Origin: a virus
Taxonomy: Duplodnaviria; Caudoviricetes
Length of the DNA: 64,000 nucleotides
Virus record (IMG/VR): IMGVR_UViG_3300024252_000005
Reading direction: 5' to 3' (one strand)
Of the stretch, positions 20,522 to 29,566 are shown in pieces (position 1 is the stretch's first letter; every line of letters starts with the position of its first letter). The notes beneath the pieces were generated by a model. It saw nothing but the letters and a program-made list of their open reading frames with translations. It was not told where the DNA came from and ran no database searches. Both the position numbers and the translations under genes were made by a program.

Positions 20522-21436
20522 ATGCCAAATGCACCTTATTATAATGGTAATACAAATCCTAATGCAAAGGGCGGTGCATTTGGTTATGATGGAAGAACTG
20601 GGTTAGGAATTGGTTCTCTAACAAAAGGTCCTGCTAGTGGTTTAGGTAGCAATTGGAATATGGGTGATGCTCTTAGCTCACCTAAAGGCCAGTGGGACGA
20701 TACAGAAGAAGACTATGCTGAAAAACAATTTAGGATTACTTCTAAGACAACAGTTAGAGAATTAGCAGCATTTGCTGGTTTATTAGATGAAGAAGACTAC
20801 GATGAGCTTGAAGCAGACATTGAAGGAAAAGCACATTCATCTTTTCATAGAGGTGCTGTAGATAGCTTATCTCATAGAGGAACATCTATAGGTTATATGG
20901 GTGGTATAGGATCTGATATGTCTGCTGTTATCGGTTTATCAGCAGGGAAAAGACTTGATGGTAAGGTTATGTCAGAAAAAAGAATTAAACAGTATATAAA
21001 ACAAGTTCTTTTAAATGAATTTCAAATGAGTGGAAGAATTGCTAGTATGTCTTCACCCAAAGCAAAGAATACTGGGGGAAAAAGAAGAAGTGATCCGCTT
21101 AATATAGATAATACTTCTGCTTCAACAAATACATCTGATGCAGCACCTTTAGGTCACTTGCCAACTTCAAGATCTGCTGTTAACCATAGTGGTTATACAA
21201 ATAAAGCTTTGACACCTGATAATCTAGAGCCTTACGTTAAACAAGGCAAAGCAACAACAGATGGTGGTGAAACAACAGGTGTTGAAAATAGAGATTTACA
21301 ATACAGTATATCAGCTGCAATGTTTAATATTGGTGTCAAATCAACTGGAGAAGATTTAGAAGATTCTCTAGAAGACGAGCATATCGATCAGAGAAATGTT
21401 GATTTGCATAATACAAATTATTATGTTAATTTCTAA
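20522..21436 (+). CDS. Hypothetical head-module protein
   Basis: 304 aa; internal RIKQYIKQVLLNE segment; low-complexity Gly/Ser/Thr. Confidence 0.6.
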   Translation: MPNAPYYNGNTNPNAKGGAFGYDGRTGLGIGSLTKGPASGLGSNWNMGDALSSPKGQWDDTEEDYAEKQFRITSKTTVRELAAFAGLLDEEDYDELEADIEGKAHSSFHRGAVDSLSHRGTSIGYMGGIGSDMSAVIGLSAGKRLDGKVMSEKRIKQYIKQVLLNEFQMSGRIASMSSPKAKNTGGKRRSDPLNIDNTSASTNTSDAAPLGHLPTSRSAVNHSGYTNKALTPDNLEPYVKQGKATTDGGETTGVENRDLQYSISAAMFNIGVKSTGEDLEDSLEDEHIDQRNVDLHNTNYYVNF

Positions 21437-21491
21437 AAAGCGCTTGTTATTAATATATAGTTAATATAAGAAATTAATTTGTGAGAGTTAT

Positions 21492-22967
21492 ATGAGTAAT
21501 AATTTATACATGGAAGCCATTGAAGCTGCAGAACAACTTAAGTTAGCTGCTGAAGATAAGGCTAAACAACAGATCATAGAATCTATGACACCTCATATCA
21601 AAGCACTTGTTGAGAAGAAGCTTATGTCTGAGTCTGATCAAGATGAGATAACTGATGAGATAACTGACGAAGACACAGATGAGTGTGGAATGATGGCTGG
21701 TCAAGAAGAGATTGTTGATGAAGTAACTTTAGATGAAGATTCAAGAAGGATCTTATCTAAGTTTATTAATAGCAATGCTCAAAGATCAGCTTTACAAGAA
21801 AAAATAGAAGAGCTTCGTGAAGGCTTACGAACTCTAAGAAAAGCTATGTTATTGTCAGAAAATGTTAAAAATTCTTCATCTACAAAGAGAAGAATTAATC
21901 TTCTTTACAAAAATATTATAAAAGAAGCAGTAAATATTAAAAGAAGCAGTATAATTAAAAATGATAAAAGCTTATTAAAAGAATATTTTAAATTAATTAA
22001 GGAGTTAGAAAATATGTCAAGACGACGCTCAAAAAGAAGTAACTATGTAAATGAGTCTCTCGAAGATCTTCTAGAAATGAACCTCTTCGAAGCTGATGAA
22101 GACGATGAAGCTGATGAATCAGAAGAAGAAGTTGAAGCTGATGAAGAAGAAGTAGAGTTTGAAATGCCAGAAGACTTAGACGAAGCACCTGCAGGAGACG
22201 TTTCAGCAGAGACAACTGTAGAAGAGCTAGCAATGATGGCAGGACTCATGGGCGGCTCAGATGAAGTTGCTGAACTCGACCTTGAAGTAGATGAAGACCT
22301 CGAGCCTGAGATGGAAGAAGAAGGCATCTTCGAGATGGATGAAATGGATCAAGAAGTTGAGGGAGATATGTATGAGTCTAGACGTCGTGACAGAGTATTA
22401 GAAATTGATGAAAACATGCTTAGAAGAGAGATTGGTAGAATGAAGGCAATTCGCGAGGGTGAAGCTAAAGATATGGCATCACACTTTGGCGGAGGTTCAT
22501 TAGAAGGTGAAGCATTTGTTGATGGCGTTGAGCTCAACAAGTTGCACGAGATGAGAACTAAAGCTGCAAAGGTTGTGCGCATGAATCGCCAGCTATCAAG
22601 CAAGCTTTCTCAGTACAAAAAGGCACTTCGTGGAATGAAGGGTCAACTTTCGGAGATGAATCTTTTCAATGCGAAGCTTCTTTATGCTAACAAGCTCATG
22701 CAGAACAGAGACCTTTCAATGAAGCAGCAGCGACACATTGTTGAGTCACTTGATGAAGCAAAGACCTTAGGTGAGGCAAAGATTCTTTTCGAGAGCCTTT
22801 CTAAGTCACTTGTAAGCGGTCGTAGAACCCGTAAGGGTGGAAACCTTTCAGAAGGTGCTTTGAGAAGACCAGCTGGTTCTTCTTCAAGACCAGTTCGCAG
22901 TGCACAGCCACTTACCGAATCTGTAGCACTTGATCGTTGGGCAACACTCGCTGGGATCAAGAAGTAA
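21492..22967 (+). CDS. Prohead scaffolding/core protein (T4 gp22-like)
   Basis: Acidic coiled-coil protein immediately before the MCP; many L-x-E sites; C-terminal NAKLLYANKL...ESLDEAKTLGEAKILFESL...DRWATLAGI. Confidence 0.75.
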   Translation: MSNNLYMEAIEAAEQLKLAAEDKAKQQIIESMTPHIKALVEKKLMSESDQDEITDEITDEDTDECGMMAGQEEIVDEVTLDEDSRRILSKFINSNAQRSALQEKIEELREGLRTLRKAMLLSENVKNSSSTKRRINLLYKNIIKEAVNIKRSSIIKNDKSLLKEYFKLIKELENMSRRRSKRSNYVNESLEDLLEMNLFEADEDDEADESEEEVEADEEEVEFEMPEDLDEAPAGDVSAETTVEELAMMAGLMGGSDEVAELDLEVDEDLEPEMEEEGIFEMDEMDQEVEGDMYESRRRDRVLEIDENMLRREIGRMKAIREGEAKDMASHFGGGSLEGEAFVDGVELNKLHEMRTKAAKVVRMNRQLSSKLSQYKKALRGMKGQLSEMNLFNAKLLYANKLMQNRDLSMKQQRHIVESLDEAKTLGEAKILFESLSKSLVSGRRTRKGGNLSEGALRRPAGSSSRPVRSAQPLTESVALDRWATLAGIKK

Positions 22968-23014
22968 GAATTTTTAACACGTTTTAATTAAATTATAAAG
23001 GAATAAAAAAACAT

Positions 23015-24994
23015 ATGAGTTTTACACTTAAAACATTAACAGAAGGTATTAGAGACCGCCACGTGGGCCAGCAGAACAAGCGCCTCGTTGAGAAATGGTC
23101 TCGCACAGGTCTCCTTAGAGGCATGGAAGATGTAAACCGTGAGAACATGGCAACAATGCTTGAGAACCAGGCAGCTCAGGTTCTTCGCGAGAGCAACCTA
23201 ATGAGCAGCGGTGATGTTGGTGGTTTCACAAACATTGCTTTCCCAATCGTTCGTCGTGTTTTTGGTGGTCTTATTGCTAACGAGCTCGTCTCAATCCAGC
23301 CAATGAGCCTCCCAAGCGGTCTCCTTTTCTACCTCGATTATACATACGGTAGTGATGGCAATGGCTATAACTCTGGCGAGTCTGTTTATGGTGGACCAGC
23401 TGGAAAAGCAATTCAAGGCGGCGCTGATGCTACTGGTGGTCAATATGACCTAGTAGGTACCAGTTTTTCTCGAGTACGAATTAAGGCAAAAGACACAAGT
23501 GGTGCAGCTGAGCAAACATTGCCAGTTGATGCGTCAGCACGTCCTAACATTGCCGCGCTAGACGCAAATGAGTTGCATCTTCTTACTACTGAGCTTGGTG
23601 CATCAAACGCAGAAACAGATTCAGCTCTTTCTAGCACAAAATCTTTAAAAGTTACAAGCAGCCACGACTTATCATTAATACAGCATGATCCACAAATTAT
23701 TGACAGAATTAATGCTGGTTCTAATTATATTGCTTTACTTGTTCACCCTAACCTAACTGATACTGATGCACTTGATACTTTGGCGACTAAGCTCGACCCA
23801 GAGTATTTTAGAGAGATTTCTCTGGTAGGCACTTCAGGTACTGATGATAAAGATGTCGGCGATCAATTAGTAGTTCCACCTGATGCAGTACAATCATCAG
23901 CCCACGTTGCGGGTGGCGGTTCAGGTACAAAAGAAGTTGCTTTTAATGTAAAACGTCTGAATCAAATTGGTTCTTACACAAATAACGTCTTTACACCTGA
24001 TCCTTTGGTTGATGTTACCAGCGCAAGTGCAAGAATTTTATTTATTGTAGAAAAAGCAGTAGCTGCAGCAACAGCCCCTGTTAATCTATCAAATATAAAA
24101 ATGTCTTACGTTGAAGTTGACACAGTTGGATTTGCAGGTGGTGAAGCTACTGGAAGTCCTTCATTTGAGAGTAACATGAAACCAGCTGGAGACGAAATTT
24201 CTCCAGTAATCCCAGAGATTGACATCAAGATTGAGTCGATTCCTGTAACTGCACAAACACGTAAGTTACGTGCACGTTGGAGTCCTGAGCTTGCGCAAGA
24301 CCTTAATGCATACCACTCAATGGATGCTGAGGTTGAGCTTACTCAGATTCTTTCTGAGCAAATTGCTCTTGAGATTGACCGTGAGATTCTTGGTGATCTT
24401 CTTAACGGCGCAAAAGGCGCAAACTTCTTCTGGAGTCGTTCACCTGGCAAGTTCGTTAACAAGCGTACTGGTGCAGAGATTGCTCGTACATCATCTCTTA
24501 ACCCTGGGCCAGCTTTCACTGGTACAGTTCGTGAGTGGTATGAGACTCTTACTGAGACAGTTATCGATGTTGCTAACGAGATCCACAGAAAGACACTTCG
24601 TGGTTCTGCGAACTTCATCGTAGTTTCTCCTGACGTTGCAACTATTCTTGAGGCATCTGTACTTTACCGCCCAAGCTATAGCCTTGACGGTGACGGACAG
24701 GTTGGTGCACCATTCACAATGGGTGCAGAGAAGGTTGGTACTCTTTCTAATCGCTTTACCGTTTACAAAGACCCATACTTCCCACGCAACAAGATCCTTG
24801 TTGGTTATAAGGGCGGCTCTTACCTCGAGACTGGCTTCGTATATGCTCCATATGTACCACTCATCGTTACTCCTACAATCTTCCAGCCAGAGGATTTCAC
24901 CCCACGTAAGGGTGTTATGACTCGTTATGGTAAGAAGATGGTACGTGCTGACTTCTATGGTACTGTGACTTGTCTCGACATGAACATCATCTAA
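23015..24994 (+). CDS. Major capsid protein (T4 gp23-like, HK97 fold) with a large insertion domain
   Basis: LVEKWSRTGLL, FPIVRRVFGGLIANELVSIQPMSLPSGLLFYLD, TRKLRARWSPELAQDLNAYH, EIDREI and YAPYVPL...PRKGVMTRYG. Confidence 0.95.
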   Translation: MSFTLKTLTEGIRDRHVGQQNKRLVEKWSRTGLLRGMEDVNRENMATMLENQAAQVLRESNLMSSGDVGGFTNIAFPIVRRVFGGLIANELVSIQPMSLPSGLLFYLDYTYGSDGNGYNSGESVYGGPAGKAIQGGADATGGQYDLVGTSFSRVRIKAKDTSGAAEQTLPVDASARPNIAALDANELHLLTTELGASNAETDSALSSTKSLKVTSSHDLSLIQHDPQIIDRINAGSNYIALLVHPNLTDTDALDTLATKLDPEYFREISLVGTSGTDDKDVGDQLVVPPDAVQSSAHVAGGGSGTKEVAFNVKRLNQIGSYTNNVFTPDPLVDVTSASARILFIVEKAVAAATAPVNLSNIKMSYVEVDTVGFAGGEATGSPSFESNMKPAGDEISPVIPEIDIKIESIPVTAQTRKLRARWSPELAQDLNAYHSMDAEVELTQILSEQIALEIDREILGDLLNGAKGANFFWSRSPGKFVNKRTGAEIARTSSLNPGPAFTGTVREWYETLTETVIDVANEIHRKTLRGSANFIVVSPDVATILEASVLYRPSYSLDGDGQVGAPFTMGAEKVGTLSNRFTVYKDPYFPRNKILVGYKGGSYLETGFVYAPYVPLIVTPTIFQPEDFTPRKGVMTRYGKKMVRADFYGTVTCLDMNII

Positions 24995-25046
24995 TTTAAT
25001 TAGACGTTCTTAACAGTCGATATCCTTTCTGGATAAGCTTTCAATT

Positions 25047-25070
25047 AAACCGTCGCAAGGCGGTTTTTTT
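25047..25070 (+). terminator. Rho-independent terminator after the MCP gene
   Basis: AAACCGTC-GCAA-GGCGGTTT: 8-bp stem with one G-U pair and a GNRA loop, running into a T7 tract (25064-25070). Confidence 0.85.
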
Positions 25071-25135
25071 GTATAATAAAAAAAACATTTGAAGCATATA
25101 ATTATTATGTATACACCTCGTAAAGGCATAATAAC

Positions 25136-26518
25136 ATGAAATGTATTATATGTGGATTTGAAGGAACTGGTAAAAAGCTTAGTAATCATTTGCAAAAAGA
25201 GCATAAGATTAGTAGTAAAGACTATACATTAAAGTTTCTATATAAAAACTATAACGGTTGCTTGAATTGCGGCAAAGAAACAAGATACGTCGCATTTACT
25301 TTTAAAAAGTATTGCAAGGATTGTGCTAAACTAGGGATGAAAGAAGGTGGATGTAAAGGTGGTAAAGCTGAAGCATGGAACAAAGGAAAGACAAAGGAAA
25401 CTGACAATAGAATAAAAGGCTTATTAGGTAAAGACAATCCTTTTTGGGGAAAAAGTCATTCTGAAGAAGTTAAGAATAGAATAAGTATGACGAAAAGACT
25501 GGGCGGTATTGATATACTAGAAAGAGTCATGAAAAGAAATGATGCTTTTGAGATATTAACACCTTTAGACAAATATTTCAGTAGACAGCGTCAATATCTA
25601 GACTTTAAATGTAAAAAATGCGACTTTGTATGCAAAAAGACTTTGCAAGCGTTTGAAAGAGGTTCATTATGTCCAAAATGTTATCCTATATCTAAAAGCA
25701 AAGCAGAGCTAGAAGTATATGTTTATGTTAAGAGCTTAGGATTTAACGACGCTGTAAGCGGTGATAGAAACATAATAAAACCTAAGGAAATAGATATAAG
25801 TTTAAAACAGAGTAATTTTGGTATTGAATTTAATGGTCTATATTGGCATAGCGAAGTTATTGATAGGACAACAAAGAATGATCTATTAAACAAGACATTG
25901 CTATGTAAAGAAGTAAACATGAAGTTGATGCACATATTTTCAGACGAATGGGAATTCAAAAGGGATATATGTAAAAGTATGATAAAGAATAGATTAGGCT
26001 TGTCAAATAAAATATGGGCAAGAAAATGTAAAGTTGTTAATCTAGATAAAAAGCAATTTGATAGTTTTATGAATGATAATCATATCAGCGGAAGTGTTAA
26101 TAGTAGTGTTAGACTTGGTTTGATTTATAATGAAGAAATCGTAAGTGTTATAGGATTTAGAAAGCCAAGACAAAAAAAGTGGACTGGTTATTGGGAAATA
26201 AGTAGATTTGCAAACAAGTTAGATTATTCTGTAGTAGGAGGTTTAAGTAAGTTAATTAAAAACTTTTTAAAGAATGAGAGTAACAAGAAAATAATGACTT
26301 ATGCTGATAGAAGATTTGGAGAAGGTTTAGGATATGAAAAGGTTGGGTTTAAGAGTTTTGGTGATAGTGGAATAGATTACTGGTATTCAGATGGAATAAA
26401 TAGATATGATCGATTTACTGTTAAGTCTGACGATAAAATGTCAGAAAAAGAGAAAGCAGCAGAAATGGGTTTATATAAAGTTTGGGGATGCGGAAGCAAT
26501 ATATGGACTATTAATTAA
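25136..26518 (+). CDS. Free-standing homing-endonuclease-like protein (Zn fingers, NUMOD3-like motif, PD-(D/E)XK/Vsr-like nuclease, C-terminal GNAT/Mom-like domain)
   Basis: C2H2 CIIC...HLQKEH; CLNC..CKDC; NPFWGKSHSEEVKNRIS; CKKC..CPKC; EIDISL...GIEFNGLYWHSE; C-terminal NHISG...EISRF...GGLSKL...TYADRRFGEGLGYEKVGF. Confidence 0.75.
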   Translation: MKCIICGFEGTGKKLSNHLQKEHKISSKDYTLKFLYKNYNGCLNCGKETRYVAFTFKKYCKDCAKLGMKEGGCKGGKAEAWNKGKTKETDNRIKGLLGKDNPFWGKSHSEEVKNRISMTKRLGGIDILERVMKRNDAFEILTPLDKYFSRQRQYLDFKCKKCDFVCKKTLQAFERGSLCPKCYPISKSKAELEVYVYVKSLGFNDAVSGDRNIIKPKEIDISLKQSNFGIEFNGLYWHSEVIDRTTKNDLLNKTLLCKEVNMKLMHIFSDEWEFKRDICKSMIKNRLGLSNKIWARKCKVVNLDKKQFDSFMNDNHISGSVNSSVRLGLIYNEEIVSVIGFRKPRQKKWTGYWEISRFANKLDYSVVGGLSKLIKNFLKNESNKKIMTYADRRFGEGLGYEKVGFKSFGDSGIDYWYSDGINRYDRFTVKSDDKMSEKEKAAEMGLYKVWGCGSNIWTIN

Positions 26519-26587
26519 TTAATAATAAAGTAGAGATATATGTAGTTTAGCTATATATTTATATTATAAAACCGCAAAGGAATTAAC

Positions 26588-26980
26588 ATGTATAATAGGA
26601 AAAGTACAAGTGACGTCATCTCTATCTGGAGAGATTATTTAAATGGCAGCAGCGAAAACAAAAGAAGAATAAATGAGGCACCTGAAGACTATTATAGTCC
26701 TGGAGCTGAAGATGTAGACTTTTTCGACGATGAATATGCTCCTAATGAATTTGATCCAGACAATACATCAATAGCAAAAGACCGATCAGAATGTTTAGAA
26801 GCAATAATATCAGATTTAGCTTCTTGTAATCCAAAATGGGAGCAAGACAGAGTTGATGCATTGATTGCTATTCTTGAAGATGAAAACAAAGTATCAGATG
26901 AAGAATTATGCATGATAGCTTATAGTGATCCTGTAGATGATGACTATAATCCTGGCGGGTATGAGTCTGACGACGTATAA
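26588..26980 (+). CDS. Acidic hypothetical protein, candidate internal head protein
   Basis: 130 aa with AAGGA SD and ATATTTATA at 26555; leader ISIWRDYLN...RRINE, then Asp/Glu-rich. Confidence 0.65.
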   Translation: MYNRKSTSDVISIWRDYLNGSSENKRRINEAPEDYYSPGAEDVDFFDDEYAPNEFDPDNTSIAKDRSECLEAIISDLASCNPKWEQDRVDALIAILEDENKVSDEELCMIAYSDPVDDDYNPGGYESDDV

Positions 26981-26991
26981 AGAGTTTTATA

Positions 26992-27249
26992 ATGAAAAGT
27001 GACTTAAAACTAATAATGGAAAATTGGAGAAGATTTCTTAAAGAAGATTCTGAAATCTACAGCGACGAAGGTCATGATGATTTCATCGATCCTAGGCATT
27101 ATGATCCTGAGTATGGTGAACCTGAGGGTGTAACTCCAGTAGACCCAGATCTTACTAGTGCACAAGGTGATGAAGATGTCTCGATTGAATATGATAGAGA
27201 TGACAGCATTGATCTTGATGATAGCTTTGAAGATGAAGATTATCGATAA
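26992..27249 (+). CDS. Small acidic protein, candidate internal head protein
   Basis: 85 aa; MKSDLKLIMENWRRFLKE followed by a highly acidic remainder. Confidence 0.65.
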   Translation: MKSDLKLIMENWRRFLKEDSEIYSDEGHDDFIDPRHYDPEYGEPEGVTPVDPDLTSAQGDEDVSIEYDRDDSIDLDDSFEDEDYR

Positions 27250-27629
27250 TGAAAAAGCCTTTATTTTTCGAAAATAGTAAAGTTCCTAAGATATTAAGTA
27301 AGTTATCGCCTATTGAGATATGGGCAATTACATTAGGGCCTCTTGTTTTTTGTGCTGGCGAGATGTCTGAAGAAACAAAAAGACATGAGACGATACATTT
27401 TATGCAATATAAAGAAACTTTCTTTATTGGTTTTATGCTTATATATGTTTTTGATTTTTTATGGGCAGCAATAGCAAAAAAGAAAGGTTTCACGCGTGAG
27501 TCTTATTTATCAATTAGATTTGAGCAAGAAGCTTGGGAATGTGGCAAGCAAGAAGTTTATCTAGAAAAGAGGGAAAAGTTTGCTTGGAAAAAATATCCGC
27601 TAGGGGGTGTAGAAAATGAAAAACCTTAA
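27249..27629 (+). CDS. Small HExxH zinc-metallopeptidase-like protein
   Basis: AITLGPLVF...RHETIHFMQYKE...YLSIRFEQEAW; hydrophobic helix after the HExxH motif. Confidence 0.6.
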   Translation: MKKPLFFENSKVPKILSKLSPIEIWAITLGPLVFCAGEMSEETKRHETIHFMQYKETFFIGFMLIYVFDFLWAAIAKKKGFTRESYLSIRFEQEAWECGKQEVYLEKREKFAWKKYPLGGVENEKP

Positions 27630-27912
27630 AGAATTTATAAAAGAATCAATAGAAGATATGTTAACTTTTAAAGGAGGCATATCATCAGATACTAGCGGTC
27701 ATGTTGATGTAATTGAAAAAGATAGAGTAAAAGCATTAGAGATACTTGCATGCAAACAATTGTTTCCAAATTTAAAAACTAACTCTTTATCATACAAGTA
27801 TCATAAAGTAAGCTCGAAATATCCTGAAGGTGTTATAGTTTCATGTAGTAATTCAAATAAAAAGTACTTAGTAGCTCATCATGGACATATTGTAGACCTT
27901 AATAGGAGATGA
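27616..27912 (+). CDS. Hypothetical protein with a T4-CTS-like N-terminus
   Basis: 98 aa; starts MKNLKEFIKE. Confidence 0.6.
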   Translation: MKNLKEFIKESIEDMLTFKGGISSDTSGHVDVIEKDRVKALEILACKQLFPNLKTNSLSYKYHKVSSKYPEGVIVSCSNSNKKYLVAHHGHIVDLNRR

Positions 27913-27913
27913 A

Positions 27914-28444
27914 ATGCCAAGTTTTTTAAGTCAATCTAATCAAAACAAAAAAAAGTCCAACAAAGTAAATACTGCACCTAGCAGATCTGAAAGATTAGCT
28001 GCTAAAGAGTTAGACATTGATTTGGCTGATAATTGGAATGCTTACTCAAAAGAAGCAAGATTGCATATATACGTTTCAGATATGAAAGAGATGGTCAGAT
28101 TTTATAATAAAATTCTTGAATTTCCTGTCGTTAGATATTGGAGATCAGCAGGTGGTGATGGAACAATGTTGGATATTGGAGGAAATATTATAGAGCTTTT
28201 TTCAAAAAACAAGAAAAACTATGGAAACAAAAACTTTTACGGAAATGTTTCAATGTCAGTTAGAGTTAGAGATGTTCATAAATTATATGAAAAGTTTTCT
28301 AAGAAAAATATTACAATTGGCAAACTTGTTGATAATAGCTGGGGTGATTCTTCTTTTGAAGTACTAGATCCCGAAGGAAATAGAATTGCATTTTTTAGTC
28401 CTAGCACATCAAAAAGCAAATACTATAAAGTAAAGAGAAGTTAA
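27914..28444 (+). CDS. VOC (glyoxalase/bleomycin-resistance) family protein
   Basis: LHIYVSDMKEMVRFYNKILEF...SVRVRDVHKLYEK...SWGDSSFEVLDPEGNRIAF; basic N-terminal extension of about 45 aa. Confidence 0.8.
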   Translation: MPSFLSQSNQNKKKSNKVNTAPSRSERLAAKELDIDLADNWNAYSKEARLHIYVSDMKEMVRFYNKILEFPVVRYWRSAGGDGTMLDIGGNIIELFSKNKKNYGNKNFYGNVSMSVRVRDVHKLYEKFSKKNITIGKLVDNSWGDSSFEVLDPEGNRIAFFSPSTSKSKYYKVKRS

Positions 28445-28445
28445 A

Positions 28446-29561
28446 ATGAACAAGCTTAATGACTATATTAAGCTTTGTCTTGAGACAAGAGCTTATATGT
28501 ATCCCCCTAAAAGAATAGATGCTAAGCTTCAAAATAAACTGTCACCGAAATTAGCAAATGACAAAACTAATCTTTTGCCTGAAGAAGTTGTAAAAGATAT
28601 AGGCGATAAATGGGGTGAAGACTTTGTAATAAGTTTTGTAAGAAGCTATAAAGGAAAAGTTCCTTCTATTGAGATAAATCCTCACGCAAGATTTGCTACA
28701 CCTCATGGAATATATTCGTATTTGCTAACAAGAGAAAACTTGACTGATTTATTTCTTAAGGGTAATTTAGAAGGTGTAGATTTTGCTATGGATAGACCTT
28801 ATTTTCATATTATGAAGATAACAACACAGAACAAAGCATATATTATGCCAGATGGTACTTCTAATATCTATAGTAATAATGATAAACGTGAGTTTATGCA
28901 TGATGTTCAAGAAATGGTAAGGACATCATTAATGTCTCAAGTTGCTAGCAGAAGAGCACCTGATAGGAAGATTAATGAAAAAAACTATACATCAACTTTG
29001 TATAGCGCAGGATATTCTTCTTCTAGAGTAGCAAGAGCAATACATAAAGCATATGATGCTGTTTGCTTAAAAGCGCCTGAAGAAAGCAAAGTTGATTTAA
29101 ACAAGTTTACAGAGAATGCTGCTATATTCTTGGATTTTCTTATAGACAGAAAAGCGAAAAGTACTGTGGAAAAGAAAAGAAGCTATCATAAAGATTATAA
29201 ATCATCTAAAGCAATATTAGATAAAAATACTGGGTATTTATTTTTAAAACTATATAGAATAGCAGATATATTATCTTATATGACACCTAGCCCTAAGCAA
29301 GGATCGGGCAGACATAATGATCCATCTAGACTTTCTTTATTACTTAGAAGTGTCAATATAGAAGCAATAATTGACAAAGGATTTGGATTGCTACACCATC
29401 TTCAGCCAACTCAAGCTGTTGCAATAAATTACGGCGGTGGTGACAAGAAATCCCAATTTAGTTCAATTGAAAACTTAGGTACATATAAAAATATATTCAA
29501 ATATTGTACAGCTGAAGAACTTGAAACTTTATTTGTAGAACACGCAGACTATTTACATTAA
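28446..29561 (+). CDS. Hypothetical 371-aa protein, candidate packaged effector
   Basis: Leader MNKLNDYIKLCLE; conserved-looking core ISFV...IEINPHARFATPHGIYSY; no family recognised. Confidence 0.6.
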   Translation: MNKLNDYIKLCLETRAYMYPPKRIDAKLQNKLSPKLANDKTNLLPEEVVKDIGDKWGEDFVISFVRSYKGKVPSIEINPHARFATPHGIYSYLLTRENLTDLFLKGNLEGVDFAMDRPYFHIMKITTQNKAYIMPDGTSNIYSNNDKREFMHDVQEMVRTSLMSQVASRRAPDRKINEKNYTSTLYSAGYSSSRVARAIHKAYDAVCLKAPEESKVDLNKFTENAAIFLDFLIDRKAKSTVEKKRSYHKDYKSSKAILDKNTGYLFLKLYRIADILSYMTPSPKQGSGRHNDPSRLSLLLRSVNIEAIIDKGFGLLHHLQPTQAVAINYGGGDKKSQFSSIENLGTYKNIFKYCTAEELETLFVEHADYLH

Positions 29562-29566
29562 ACATA

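Noticed and set aside
25081-25135. Sigma70 promoter for the endonuclease (TTGAAG box)
   Set aside because: No acceptable -10 hexamer lies 16-18 nt downstream of the TTGAAG at 25089.
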